Of a stretch of DNA of 64,000 bases, positions 42,840 to 52,883 are shown one piece after another. Position numbers and translations under genes: made by a program. Origin of the DNA: Paramoeba atlantica. Lineage: Eukaryota > Protista > Discosea. Position 1 is the first letter of the stretch. Each line of letters begins with the position of its first letter. The stretch covers positions 744,001-808,000 of the forward strand of contig CDRNVI010000030.1 of assembly GCA_977017575.1 (NCBI GenBank), read 5' to 3'. A model generated the notes under the pieces. That model searched no databases, was not told the origin of the DNA, and was given only the letters and a program-made list of their open reading frames with translations.

Positions 42840-45065
42840 TTAAGATGCAAGTCCTATCGTTTTCCCCAAAGAATTATATGTTAAGTGAAAGGGATGAGAC
42901 CGTACAAATCGTATAAAATGTTTATAGCGCGCGTCAATCGCTGCCGCGGTGTCCAGAGAAAGCCTGGCGCGGACGTACGTGAAATGAAGCTCATGCCCTC
43001 GTGTGCGAATCAGGTTAATAATAAATTCCACAACCGCTGCTTCTTGCTCCGGGGTTAGCAGAGCCACCTCAGGGGAAGGTGCTGCTTGTGGCACAGAAGG
43101 GGGATCCGCAGGGGCCTGTGGACTCGACATTGCTATAGTTTCTATGTGATTGTTATTATTGTTAGTTGCTACCGACGTCATCGCCTCGGTTGCCGTCTCC
43201 GTGGAGGCATGAACGGAGGGTTCCGGGTGAATCGACGGGTCTACGCCTTGGTGAGAGGGGGGATAGGGTGGTACCGCTTCAGAGGGTTTTACGCGTCGTA
43301 TGACAACTTTTTCTCCCATTCCACTGAAATCTGTAGTCTTGCACGAAAACAGCTCGGGATATGACGCAAAGAACCGATCGAACGTGGGGTGCTTTCCTTT
43401 GGCGTTGAAAAAAAAGGTGTTTGCCGTTGACGCATCAAAGCGTCGCTCTAGCTTAGCCATAAACTCATCCGTGGTGAGACCCTCTGCGGAGTTCTCTGGT
43501 AACACTTGCAACGCGAGGTGACATAATTCCTCCGGAGTTCGTCGTTCGAGGTGGGCCCGAGCGCTCTTGCAGTAGTACGGGACCCGCTCGCTGAGGATGA
43601 GTAGGGGGTCTAGGTGCGGACGTCCCATGATGGCAAAGAGCTCTTTTTTGGTTTGCTCCTGGGACGCATCGTTGAGAATTTCTTCAAAGGCCTTCTCGGC
43701 CTCGTGCGTGTTCGTCGCTTGTAGGGGTTGCAGTAAGGGATATCGCTCTCGGAGACGGCTGCGAAATAGTACGTGGCCTCGCTCATAGTCGTAACTGGTA
43801 GCAAACACAGTGGGATAAATCGTCGCAAGCTCACGGAGATCAAGATGGGTCTCGCGGTGCCGCGATTTTCGTTGCAATAAAGGCGATAATGATGGAAACA
43901 CGTGATCAACATACACACGTTCGGGAAGAAGCGTGGAAGGAAGAGAAAAAGCAAGCTTCAGTACCGATTGAATATCGAAAGGACACACTTCCTCACCATA
44001 TTCCACAACGCACGGTGCTGGATACACCCTTCCCGGGTACCGGCGTATATAGATTTGTGAAAGGTCATCTTTACGTCTGCCAAATTGTATCTCATCAAAT
44101 AGTGCATCGTGAGCTCTACAATGACCCACAGCTTCCACGAAAGCATGAAGTTCACGTTGAATCTTTTGGGATGATGAGCTTTTGCTTGCTTTCCACATGG
44201 CATTCCAGGAAATCCAATACTCTGGACAAATGAAATAAAATTTTCTCCGCAATTCCACCCCAGCTAGGACATTTTGATATGATCCAATATGGAGACCGTA
44301 TTGAATAGAGAACTCTGCAAAGGCTTTATGTGCAACGTAATAGGTACAGCGTTCTACTTGTAGCGCACATGAAGTCGACCTTTTGTCGTCAACATTCTCC
44401 ACATCCTTATTCTCCATACCATCGAACTCTTCTTCAACATCAACATTGAATTTCCCATCTTCTTCTTCAACATTTTCGGCATTAGAATCCTCGATCCGTG
44501 CAGCTTTAGATTTCTTCAATTCCTCTTTGTGACTCTGGAACGCTTGCTCGATGGAAATACCGTCAAGAGAAGTCCATGGTTTGGTCGTTCCTGGTATCGT
44601 AGTACCAACAACAAATTCTTGAATCAATTCTTCACTGGTCAATAAGATATCTCGCAGCTGATGCACATCGATAGAACAGGACATGAGTAAGACCAATTGT
44701 TTTAGACTCACCCAACCTGCTCCGTTCAAATATTTGTAAAGCCTCTCTTTAAACGCGGCAAATTGATTCGCTTCCTTCAGGTTAAAACGTGTACCGGTCA
44801 CGACCTGCGCCCGATTGCTCTCCAATTTAAAACATTCCGGATATAGCGCCATAAGCGATGCTAGGGAAGCATGGTTGGTCTTAACAAACTCCATAATTTT
44901 CTCTGGAAGAAGAATTTCAATGGCGGTAGTAAGTTGAGGATGTGGCGGTTTTCGTAAAACACCGGCCACTTTTGCTACGGCAATAGTTCGATTCATGGTC
45001 TCATAGTTGATTTCCGTCCACAATGACCGCCGCACGCAAAACAAATACTTACATGACCGAAACAT
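42840..45065 (-). CDS. Hypothetical protein, probable mitochondrial presequence
   Basis: 741-aa ORF starting MFRSCKYLFCVRRSLW; several (F/L)xx(Y/H)PxxF helical segments reminiscent of LOTUS/OST-HTH (inference). Confidence 0.6.
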   Translation of the reverse strand: MFRSCKYLFCVRRSLWTEINYETMNRTIAVAKVAGVLRKPPHPQLTTAIEILLPEKIMEFVKTNHASLASLMALYPECFKLESNRAQVVTGTRFNLKEANQFAAFKERLYKYLNGAGWVSLKQLVLLMSCSIDVHQLRDILLTSEELIQEFVVGTTIPGTTKPWTSLDGISIEQAFQSHKEELKKSKAARIEDSNAENVEEEDGKFNVDVEEEFDGMENKDVENVDDKRSTSCALQVERCTYYVAHKAFAEFSIQYGLHIGSYQNVLAGVELRRKFYFICPEYWISWNAMWKASKSSSSQKIQRELHAFVEAVGHCRAHDALFDEIQFGRRKDDLSQIYIRRYPGRVYPAPCVVEYGEEVCPFDIQSVLKLAFSLPSTLLPERVYVDHVFPSLSPLLQRKSRHRETHLDLRELATIYPTVFATSYDYERGHVLFRSRLRERYPLLQPLQATNTHEAEKAFEEILNDASQEQTKKELFAIMGRPHLDPLLILSERVPYYCKSARAHLERRTPEELCHLALQVLPENSAEGLTTDEFMAKLERRFDASTANTFFFNAKGKHPTFDRFFASYPELFSCKTTDFSGMGEKVVIRRVKPSEAVPPYPPSHQGVDPSIHPEPSVHASTETATEAMTSVATNNNNNHIETIAMSSPQAPADPPSVPQAAPSPEVALLTPEQEAAVVEFIINLIRTRGHELHFTYVRARLSLDTAAAIDARYKHFIRFVRSHPFHLTYNSLGKTIGLAS

Positions 45066-45382
45066 TCCTTCTTAAGAATATTGATAAAAAGCGCGCATCA
45101 CGTACATTTAGCATAACGTTTCCATTGTGAACACTGGACCAGTCCTTCGATCCAGCGATATAGTACATGTACTTACAGGTAAAAATATTTGTTTTGGGAA
45201 CATTCTTGGAAACACTTTAACAAATCTGGTTCCATCGTCGTTTGGGCAAACACCTAAAGGATTTTCAACGAATGCATACCTTAAGTTCAAGGTACATGCG
45301 ATCGAATCAAAAATATAAAAAAGAAAAAACTTTTATGTGCCATCTAAACAAGGCTTATTTTGAAATGGTGACCTTATCAAGT

Positions 45383-46570
45383 TCATTTGATGCAATATTT
45401 TTGTTTTTGATCGATATGCGCATTCATCAAACTTGGTGAATATAGATTGTCAAAAAAACCTTTCTGTGCCACAGGAACAGTGCCTATTTCGAAATGACGA
45501 CTCCGCCATGCTCGTTCAATGCTACTCACGTATTCTTGTGCTGATGCGTGGAAGACATACATTGGCATCACTTCCACAATATGCCGAGCAAGAGAATGAT
45601 AAAACAGAGTCAATTTCGGGAACGTATTGCATGTGAGGGTTTGGCTCTCAAGTGGACTCACACGATAACGCTGCGAGCTAGAAACCGAGGCGGGCGTGCA
45701 AGAAAACAAGTTATTGTAATTGTATAAAAGGTAAATATCACCATAAATGCAGCGAATCACCGCTGCACGGTTTTGCGCAAGTTGATTTCGCGCTCGAGTG
45801 AGTGTTGCTGAGGATTGGGTTGAGTCGTATTCTGGATTCTGGGCATTGGATCTGGGATGAATTCTTTTAGGAGTTGAACTACTTATTCCGTACATCATTT
45901 TGGCCTCTGTGGATAAGCTTTGATTCTCGAGAATGCTGCGATAAGCAGCTTCGACATTGATTTTGCTTAACTCCTTGAACATGTTATCAAAAGAGAGGTT
46001 TTCGTAAACCTCGTCAAGTTTAACGGCGTGTATTGCACGCGTGTGAAGCGCGCTTAAGTAACCCGAATCTGTATGAGAGAATGCTTTGTACATTTCTCTC
46101 GCCACACGATACCGTAGCTGGATGGAACCAATGTTGTAATTCAGTTCATGCATGTTTCCCACTACAAACCCTCGACTTCGCATGTGGGTCATAAAACGAC
46201 GTAGAAACGTGCAAAGTCGACATACCCACTCCTCATCTAATTTTTGATAAGCAGCGTGTAAAGGGACCACGGAGGAGACAGGCACTGAACGCAGCGTATT
46301 CCAAGACCGAATTCCGCTTTGACGCATCACGTTGTCGTAGACGGCTTCCAAACATGAGTGGATGCGCTCACCCTTGTCGTGGGATTGCTGTGTGCCACAA
46401 GGCTCATAACACAGAGAACACCAGTTGGGTTGTGCATACCATATATCACGTAAAATACCCTTTTTAGAGGAGAGCCGAGGGGGAAGGGAGAGTTTGGGAG
46501 GAATCGGGGTTGTAAAGCTTTGCGAGACCATAAAGCCTTGGTGTAGTACCTTGTGAGACCATGTTTTCAT
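45383..46570 (-). CDS. KREPB-like RNA-editing complex protein (U1-like zinc finger plus degenerate RNase III motif)
   Basis: WCSLCYEPC...H......H zinc finger; NIGSIQLRYRVAREMYKAFSHTDSGYL aligns to the RNase III FLGDxVLxxxVxxxLYxxFPxxxEGxL motif without its catalytic acids. Confidence 0.55.
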   Translation of the reverse strand: MKTWSHKVLHQGFMVSQSFTTPIPPKLSLPPRLSSKKGILRDIWYAQPNWCSLCYEPCGTQQSHDKGERIHSCLEAVYDNVMRQSGIRSWNTLRSVPVSSVVPLHAAYQKLDEEWVCRLCTFLRRFMTHMRSRGFVVGNMHELNYNIGSIQLRYRVAREMYKAFSHTDSGYLSALHTRAIHAVKLDEVYENLSFDNMFKELSKINVEAAYRSILENQSLSTEAKMMYGISSSTPKRIHPRSNAQNPEYDSTQSSATLTRARNQLAQNRAAVIRCIYGDIYLLYNYNNLFSCTPASVSSSQRYRVSPLESQTLTCNTFPKLTLFYHSLARHIVEVMPMYVFHASAQEYVSSIERAWRSRHFEIGTVPVAQKGFFDNLYSPSLMNAHIDQKQKYCIK

Positions 46571-46894
46571 GGGGTTGGAAATGTCAAAGTGAGTAGTGTG
46601 ATTGGCTGCATTTAAAAGTACAGGAGAGGCGATTCATACAGACATGTGGCAAATAGTGAACTTCTAGGACGAAAAAGTATTGAAAAATAAGTGGTGTCGT
46701 ATAAGACATGTACATAACACAAGCATATACAGAAACTAGGGTATGGCGTACACACTCGATGTTCATAACCCCTCTGTTATACAGGGGGGGGGCACGAAAA
46801 CTGTTACACCTGCCATATAAGGAGTGTCATACATGTATGTATGGCTCTAAACTGCTGTAGATGCAAACAAACTAGAAATATAGTGGTTAATGGG

Positions 46895-47773
46895 CTAATA
46901 GAATTCAACTGTCCTCATGTCTGCTCCAGGAATAAAACTATCAAAGAGATTGCAGCCTAGCGACAGTCTTCCACAATTTACAACAGGGCACGTGATAGGT
47001 GAAAGATCGATGCATCCGCAAAACATGTTGTTGTTTAAATACAAGTAATTTAATTTCGGATTTAACCGACTCAAATCCGGAGTCCCAACAAAATGGTTGA
47101 AACTAACATCCAACCAATGTAGAGAATTCGGAAGATGAAGGAAGTCAAGTTCTCCACATAACTGATTGTGAGAGACTGCAAGTGTGCACATCTTTTCGGG
47201 AAGAAGCGCTAGATCAATCTTTTGGGTGAACTCATTTGACTGAAGCCAAAACTCCTGCAGAGAACAAGGGAGTGTCGTGACATCTAGTGATCCGGAAAAT
47301 TTGTTTGTTCGCAGCGAGAGCTTTCGTAATTCACCGGGAAGGGAATGAAGAGCAACACTACCGTAAAACCCATTTGCGTTCAGATAGATCTCTTCTAGCC
47401 TGGGAGGGAGCGCATCAAATGGGACGGTGCCGTAAAAATAATTGCGAGAAAGTTGGAGCATAGTAAGTTGTCCAGGAATGTAGGACCATGTAAGGTTACC
47501 TCCTAAGTTCAAACCAGCAAAGAGTAATTGGGTAATATCCAACGAAGAGCTACATCGTACTCCATACCAAGAACACACAGGCATACTAGAATCCCAAAGA
47601 TTATGTGGTTTGTGTACCTTTGATAAAAAGTTTTCGAACTGCATCTCCGGGGACGCGAGCAAAGGACTTACTTTGGAAAGACGAGGACGTCTCTGCTTGA
47701 CCTCTGACGGTGCGTCGTCGTGAAAATGAGCCACGTAGATTCGTTGCATCGCGGAATGGTCAATTCCAAACAT
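46895..47773 (-). CDS. LRR family protein 7
   Basis: RRPRLSKVSPLLASPEM, VCSWYGVRC cap, 23-aa LRRs. Confidence 0.9.
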   Translation of the reverse strand: MFGIDHSAMQRIYVAHFHDDAPSEVKQRRPRLSKVSPLLASPEMQFENFLSKVHKPHNLWDSSMPVCSWYGVRCSSSLDITQLLFAGLNLGGNLTWSYIPGQLTMLQLSRNYFYGTVPFDALPPRLEEIYLNANGFYGSVALHSLPGELRKLSLRTNKFSGSLDVTTLPCSLQEFWLQSNEFTQKIDLALLPEKMCTLAVSHNQLCGELDFLHLPNSLHWLDVSFNHFVGTPDLSRLNPKLNYLYLNNNMFCGCIDLSPITCPVVNCGRLSLGCNLFDSFIPGADMRTVEFY

Positions 47774-48328
47774 ATTCTTGTATTCCAAAAATAGAAATCA
47801 AAATAAGATACAATGAATGGTATAGTGTAGTAGTCTGTACTATAGTGCCACAGCAACAGATAACCATGAAAAAATCTAAAACTCTTTAACTAAAATTCAT
47901 ATTCCCATTTTTATGGGGCCATATTTCCCATTTTTATCGGGTATCTCTGGATACATACTGTATTTAATCCCTGTATATTTCACTAAATTTGCATTTGCAA
48001 AACAAATCTCTATAAGAGCGTGTTCCTCTTTACTGCACTCTGGATGTGGACAAAGGTCTATCAAAAATCATTTCTAGATTTGTCTGCATAAATAGGAAGA
48101 AAAATATCCTCTAAAACCATGAAGTAGTATACACCAGCAGTAGTAAATGGCAAATCTAAAAACCACGTAAGGTACCTAAACCATGCAAATAAAGAAAACA
48201 AAATTCGCTATTTTCGACGTATCATTCGACTTACGTGTTCTCTATGCCTAATTGGAAAGACACTTCAAACAACCTAGAATACTAAGCTTAAAAATTCCCC
48301 ATATTACTTATTGCGCACAAGCCTTAAA

Positions 48329-49603
48329 TTATACTACTTTTAGCCACATAATTACCGGACAATGGTCGCTACCTAGGACTTGTCGTAAAGGGTACACATC
48401 AACCACCTGCGGCAAGTAGCGATTCTTGACAGCGAAGCCGTCCAGACGTAGTCCTCGATTTCCGTATTTCCCTTTTTCGTAGTGTGACCAGAACGTATAA
48501 CTATGCGCTGCATTTGGATAAAGGTGGCGAAAGGCGTCCTTCATCCCACTGGTTTTTAAGGTTAGGTCAAACGACTTTCTCTCCTCGAACGCAAACCCGG
48601 GTGTTTGCAGCATGGTTCCGTAGTCCCCTTTCCAATAATGATCCAGGTCTTTCATAACGTTGAAATCTCCGGTCCATATTATGGCATCTCCACCGGGAAT
48701 CGGAAGTGGGGGACTCGCAGATCCATGTTTTAAATTGACAAGATGGCCTCGAAGCTTCTCGTCCCACAATAACCTCTGCGGAAGCTTTGGAAACTTACCC
48801 GTTTCGCGGTCTAAACCTGACGTCGGGACGTACGTGTTCACTACTTTTATAGCAGACATTTCTTTGGAAACATTAGGAAATCGCTCCGAGGGGAGGGCTA
48901 TGGAGGACGTTACGAGGCGACCATGAGGACAGGTATCCACAGCAAAGCCGTCGCGTACAAGAAAGCCTTCAAAGTGCGTTGCATCAAATCCATCCTTTAC
49001 GTACGTGCGCGTTCCACTGTACCCTTGTCTCTCCGTACTCAGTGAATCGAAAAAGGTGTAACCTGGGAGTTGACCAATTACAGAAGGGTTAGTTTTCGAA
49101 GAAAGCTTTGTTTCTTGCAAACAAATAATATCTGCCTTTTCTCCCTGAGTCAGATAGTTAAGCATGTAAGGTCGGCCCTCCACTAAGGACCGAAGAGATG
49201 CCACGTTCCAGGTTGCTATTTTTATCATTTCGTCTTCCTTGAAATGCCACGGTTTTGTGCGGCGCTCAAATTTTTTTGTTTCCTTGAAGTAGTCGAACTG
49301 ACTTCCCGGAATAAACTCACCGGGATATTTCGCAACTAGCGCCTTGTAATTTTCTGCGAGAGCTAGTTTCTTCTTCTTTGAAACAGGAGCACAATTCTTC
49401 TTCCACTTTTTATAGTACGAACTTGAGTTCGGCGCAGCCTTTGAACCCTCTGATGCATCAGATGAAAATTTACGGAAACTTGTTATTGTTAAAACTCCCT
49501 GGAAGGTAGAACACGACGCCTTATTCCCGTGGATCGGCACGGCAAGCCTGGGCGCTATGCCCTCAACATTGCGTGAAAATTGAAACGCAGTTCGCACAAT
49601 CAT
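48329..49603 (-). CDS. Exonuclease III-family AP endonuclease, probably mitochondrial
   Basis: KIATWNVASL, DIICLQETK, WTGDFNV, YTFWS, RLDGF, GSDHCPV; presequence-like N-terminus. Confidence 0.93.
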   Translation of the reverse strand: MIVRTAFQFSRNVEGIAPRLAVPIHGNKASCSTFQGVLTITSFRKFSSDASEGSKAAPNSSSYYKKWKKNCAPVSKKKKLALAENYKALVAKYPGEFIPGSQFDYFKETKKFERRTKPWHFKEDEMIKIATWNVASLRSLVEGRPYMLNYLTQGEKADIICLQETKLSSKTNPSVIGQLPGYTFFDSLSTERQGYSGTRTYVKDGFDATHFEGFLVRDGFAVDTCPHGRLVTSSIALPSERFPNVSKEMSAIKVVNTYVPTSGLDRETGKFPKLPQRLLWDEKLRGHLVNLKHGSASPPLPIPGGDAIIWTGDFNVMKDLDHYWKGDYGTMLQTPGFAFEERKSFDLTLKTSGMKDAFRHLYPNAAHSYTFWSHYEKGKYGNRGLRLDGFAVKNRYLPQVVDVYPLRQVLGSDHCPVIMWLKVV

Positions 49604-49699
49604 ACACAAGGATACCTGTCTCTACCAATCTATCTAAATTCTAAATTCAAAAAATATGATGTAAGTCGTAACCCCGACGACCCCTAAAAAATACACATA

Positions 49700-50520
49700 A
49701 AAACGATTTTCACCCAAACCACGCACACACAAACACCATATCTACACAACTCTACCCACCCCATCTTAATATAACCTACACACAAAAGAAATTATATACA
49801 CTCTATTTACCCCCCCCCCCCCCTCTTTTTCTTCCTCTTCTCTCCCCCCTCCCTCACCCCCCCTCCCCCCTCTCCACCCCCTCCACCAGCGCCCTCTCCC
49901 TCACACACCGCACCCCCCCCTTCCCCATCCCCCCCATCCCCGCCCGCACCACCTTCCCGTACCGGTTCTGGTACACCGCCAGCACCCCGCGGCGGATCCG
50001 GTCCCCCGCCTCGCGGTGGCTCACCCCGCCCGCCACCCCCATCCCCACGTCGTAGTAGTACGGCGGGAGGCCCGGGCCCGCGACCACCGCGGGGAGCCCC
50101 GACCCGCAGCGCACCGTCGCGGGGAGCACCAGCGCCCGGGTCGCCGCGGTGTCGTACAGCGGGGGGATCTCGAGGTAGGCGCCCCGGGGGGTGGAGGTGG
50201 AGAGGGTGGAGGCCACGTAGAGGGGGGCGGAGAGACGGGTGCCGGCGAGCGCGTGGAGGGTGGGGTCGGGGGTGTTGTTGTTGTTGTTGTGCGTAGGGGG
50301 GTAAGGGGACGTGGAGGTGGTGGTGGTGGAAGAGGGGAGTTCAAGAAAGTGACAGGTACGACGAAGGAGGTTACCTTGGTAAATATGGGTGGTTAGGCGG
50401 AGAGGGAGTTTCTCGCGGGTGTAGAGGATGTCGTGGGCGTCAAAGTAGTTGCCGGGCATGAGGGGTGGGTGGGGAGAGAGGGATAGATGGGTTGTTTTTT
50501 TGTGTGGATAAGTAATGGAG
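49700..50520. other. GC-rich island with strand-skew inversion, centre ~50120
   Basis: CA-rich then long C-runs at 49720-50050; G-runs at 50160-50480 then a GT-rich flank; boundaries approximate. Confidence 0.85.
49854..50459 (-). CDS. PSF3: GINS complex subunit Psf3
   Basis: YFDAHDILYTREKLP, GTRLSAPLYVA, LEIPPLY, PYYYDVG. Confidence 0.72.
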   Translation of the reverse strand: MPGNYFDAHDILYTREKLPLRLTTHIYQGNLLRRTCHFLELPSSTTTTSTSPYPPTHNNNNNTPDPTLHALAGTRLSAPLYVASTLSTSTPRGAYLEIPPLYDTAATRALVLPATVRCGSGLPAVVAGPGLPPYYYDVGMGVAGGVSHREAGDRIRRGVLAVYQNRYGKVVRAGMGGMGKGGVRCVRERALVEGVERGEGG

Positions 50521-50987
50521 TGAGGCAATTTGTTTTTTATCATCACTAAAATTACAGAAGCCGGTACGGAAACAACTTTACATGGGGCCTCTTAATTGCG
50601 ATTTTAGGGCAATGTTAGTTTATATTGTACCAAAAAAATAGTTTTTCTATTTTGGGGTGTATTGATTTTTCGTGCTTTGAATACTTGTTTTTTCTTGTTT
50701 TTTCTGACATGTGCACTTGTTTTGACCCTCGCTGCGTCCTCAGATGAAATCAGGATGGGGATCATCCGCAAGCTTTCGCGGCCTTCTTCAAAAATCATGG
50801 AATAGTTCTGGATGAACTTTGCCGCAATAATAAGACACCAGGTGCACCACACAAAAGAAAAAATTGCTCCACGTATGTTGGTGCAGGAATAGTGCCAAAG
50901 CAAAGTTACGAAAGTGACTAAGCTACGCAACGAAATTCAACAAAAGATGACCACGCAAGAAATGACCAAGATCAAATTCATGTTCTG

Positions 50988-51010
50988 GATACAGTTTCTG
51001 TACCTTGTTG
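50988..51010 (+). other. Spliced-leader-like sequence relic
   Basis: GATACAGTTTCTGTACCTTGTTG versus the conserved kinetoplastid SL 3' core (GA)TACAGTTTCTGTACT(A/T)TATTG; no GT donor follows. Confidence 0.45.
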
Positions 51011-51389
51011 ATTTTTTTTATTTCCTACGTTTATTCTCCCCATGGCAGAACTTGCCATCAAGGAACTATACTGTGTAGTACTATACAGGGGGGGGGGAAC
51101 TGACAAGGTCCGTATTTTGGCGTCCTGAGGCCGTTTGAGCTGATTTTTGTTGCAAAAGAGAGATTTCGTTCTGAATATCGTGTCTACGCTATTTGGACAA
51201 TAAAATTGACAAAACATTATTTAACACGATTAAAAGTAACACGATTAAAAACTCAACCCTGGGTTACCAAAAGTCAGTCGAATTAAAGGCATATAATCAA
51301 TCCTCCCTGTACTCTTTATCATATTAAAGTCTTCACATTGCACTTCTTCGCCTACATAATGTAACGTTGGTCAATATTTCCAAGCAGCA

Positions 51390-52103
51390 CTAGATTTTGC
51401 TGAAAGTTGGAGCACCTACAAGGTCCCCCTTATCAAAGCTGTTTCCAGAAAGATCAAGCTTTTTTAATCCTTTCGGAAGAAACTGGAAGTCTATTTCGCC
51501 TTGAAAGTGATTTCCCTGCAAGCGAAGCGATACCATCGAGTCCGGAAGGCTCGTAAAGTCCAGCGAACCCGTGAGATTGTTGCCATGGAGATCAATCGTA
51601 CGTAAACCTGAAGGAAGTGATAGCAGATTAATCTTTCCATAGAACTGATTGTTGTAAGCCCACAATCCATCCAATGTGGCAGGCAAATTCGAAATATCAA
51701 GCGTCCCTGTAAGTTGATTTCCTGAGACGTCAAACTTTTTTATTGCATTTGGAAGATTTTCGAGATCAAGGTTGTTACCCTGTAGTTGGTTTCGTCGCAC
51801 TTCATGAGCTTCCTTCTGTTCCCCAAAGTAACCGTATTGCAAGGTTCTAGGAAGATATGCCCAAGCAAAGGTACCATGAAGATTCATTCCCCACCAAAAA
51901 ATAGATACAACGTTGTCCAATTTATCACAGAGAACCCCTTTCCAAGAACATGCGGACACGTCGGATTGCCACGTAATGTCAGCGCGGCTTACATTGTTTA
52001 GAAGGCGAGAAAGCTCTGACTCTGGCGGAAGAATCGCACCCCTCACTTTAGCGCCGCAGCGTCTTCCGTAGTCCTGTCCTACAAAAACAGGTAAGATGTT
52101 CAT
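51390..52103 (-). CDS. LRR family protein 8
   Basis: RRCGAKVRGAILPPES, ACSWKGVLC cap, 23-aa LRRs. Confidence 0.9.
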   Translation of the reverse strand: MNILPVFVGQDYGRRCGAKVRGAILPPESELSRLLNNVSRADITWQSDVSACSWKGVLCDKLDNVVSIFWWGMNLHGTFAWAYLPRTLQYGYFGEQKEAHEVRRNQLQGNNLDLENLPNAIKKFDVSGNQLTGTLDISNLPATLDGLWAYNNQFYGKINLLSLPSGLRTIDLHGNNLTGSLDFTSLPDSMVSLRLQGNHFQGEIDFQFLPKGLKKLDLSGNSFDKGDLVGAPTFSKI

Positions 52104-52239
52104 ACAGCTAAAATATTTAAATTTTAAACTTAAATATGAAGTTGTTGAGACTAAAAAAATATTTGCCAAAATTCGAAATATTCATAGTCAGTACTCCCCT
52201 CTCATTAATTTTTATGCAACAAAATAACAGAATTCAATT

Positions 52240-52741
52240 TTCAAAATAACGGAACGATTGTTTGCCGCTTGTTGAAAACAACTTTCACGAACGCTCCAAA
52301 GAAATTTTTGTTATGCAAGATCAAGGTGTTGTGCGTTCTCTTAAAGAAAACCAGTGTACGCCTCATAGGAGAGTACGTAGAAAATTACTGGAGTTAACAG
52401 GATGTAAATTCTCGGTTAAAGTAAAGGAAAATTCGCCTTTTTTGAAAAAGAAATTGCTTTACACCCTAGTTTACACCCTATCTAGAAACCTACCCTTGCA
52501 TTTCTTAGTACAGTGCCACACACTATCCTCTAATTCCATTTCTTTTGGTGATGAGTGTGTCCTTTTTCCACAGGAAATGCTTCTCGTGACAAGCCCGTGG
52601 CTTCGAAGCCACTGCTCGCACTGTGCTTCCCTCCGGCGTGATATACGGCTGAGGGTGAACTTTCTTCGACAAGCGAACCCCCGACACCCCTGGTATACCA
52701 TAGAAAATAACGGAAAATGGGTATACAATAGTCATATACAA
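52240..52741 (-). pseudogene. Probable decayed LRR family gene
   Basis: Frame 52523-52741 reads RLSKKVHPQPYITPE...HFLWKKDTLITKRNGI (family motif and cap); the same frame continues through stops to NTLILHNKNFFG. Confidence 0.45.
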
Positions 52742-52883
52742 TATTATGTACGTAGATAATGTCCTTTTGTCGAAAATAAAAAGGTCAAGCTAAAAAGTCA
52801 TAAGAAAAGCGAATTTTCCTTTACTTTCACCAAATTCTCAGACTCTAAACGGCCCACTCGCGGATTCTTCCTACCCAAAAATG

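Noticed and set aside
46777-46810. TACAGGGGGGGGGCACGAAAACTGTTACAC resembling a mariner TIR start
   Set aside because: No matching opposite end found nearby
9045-50120. Apparent ~10.2-kb periodicity of island centres (9.0, 29.6, 39.8, 50.1 kb)
   Set aside because: Islands at 27.4 and 56.9 kb are off-register, none is seen near 19 kb, and transposon insertions alter spacing; too few points
52588-52603. Palindrome GTGGCTTCGAAGCCAC as a tRNA T-arm or terminator
   Set aside because: No cloverleaf context; lies within the probable LRR pseudogene
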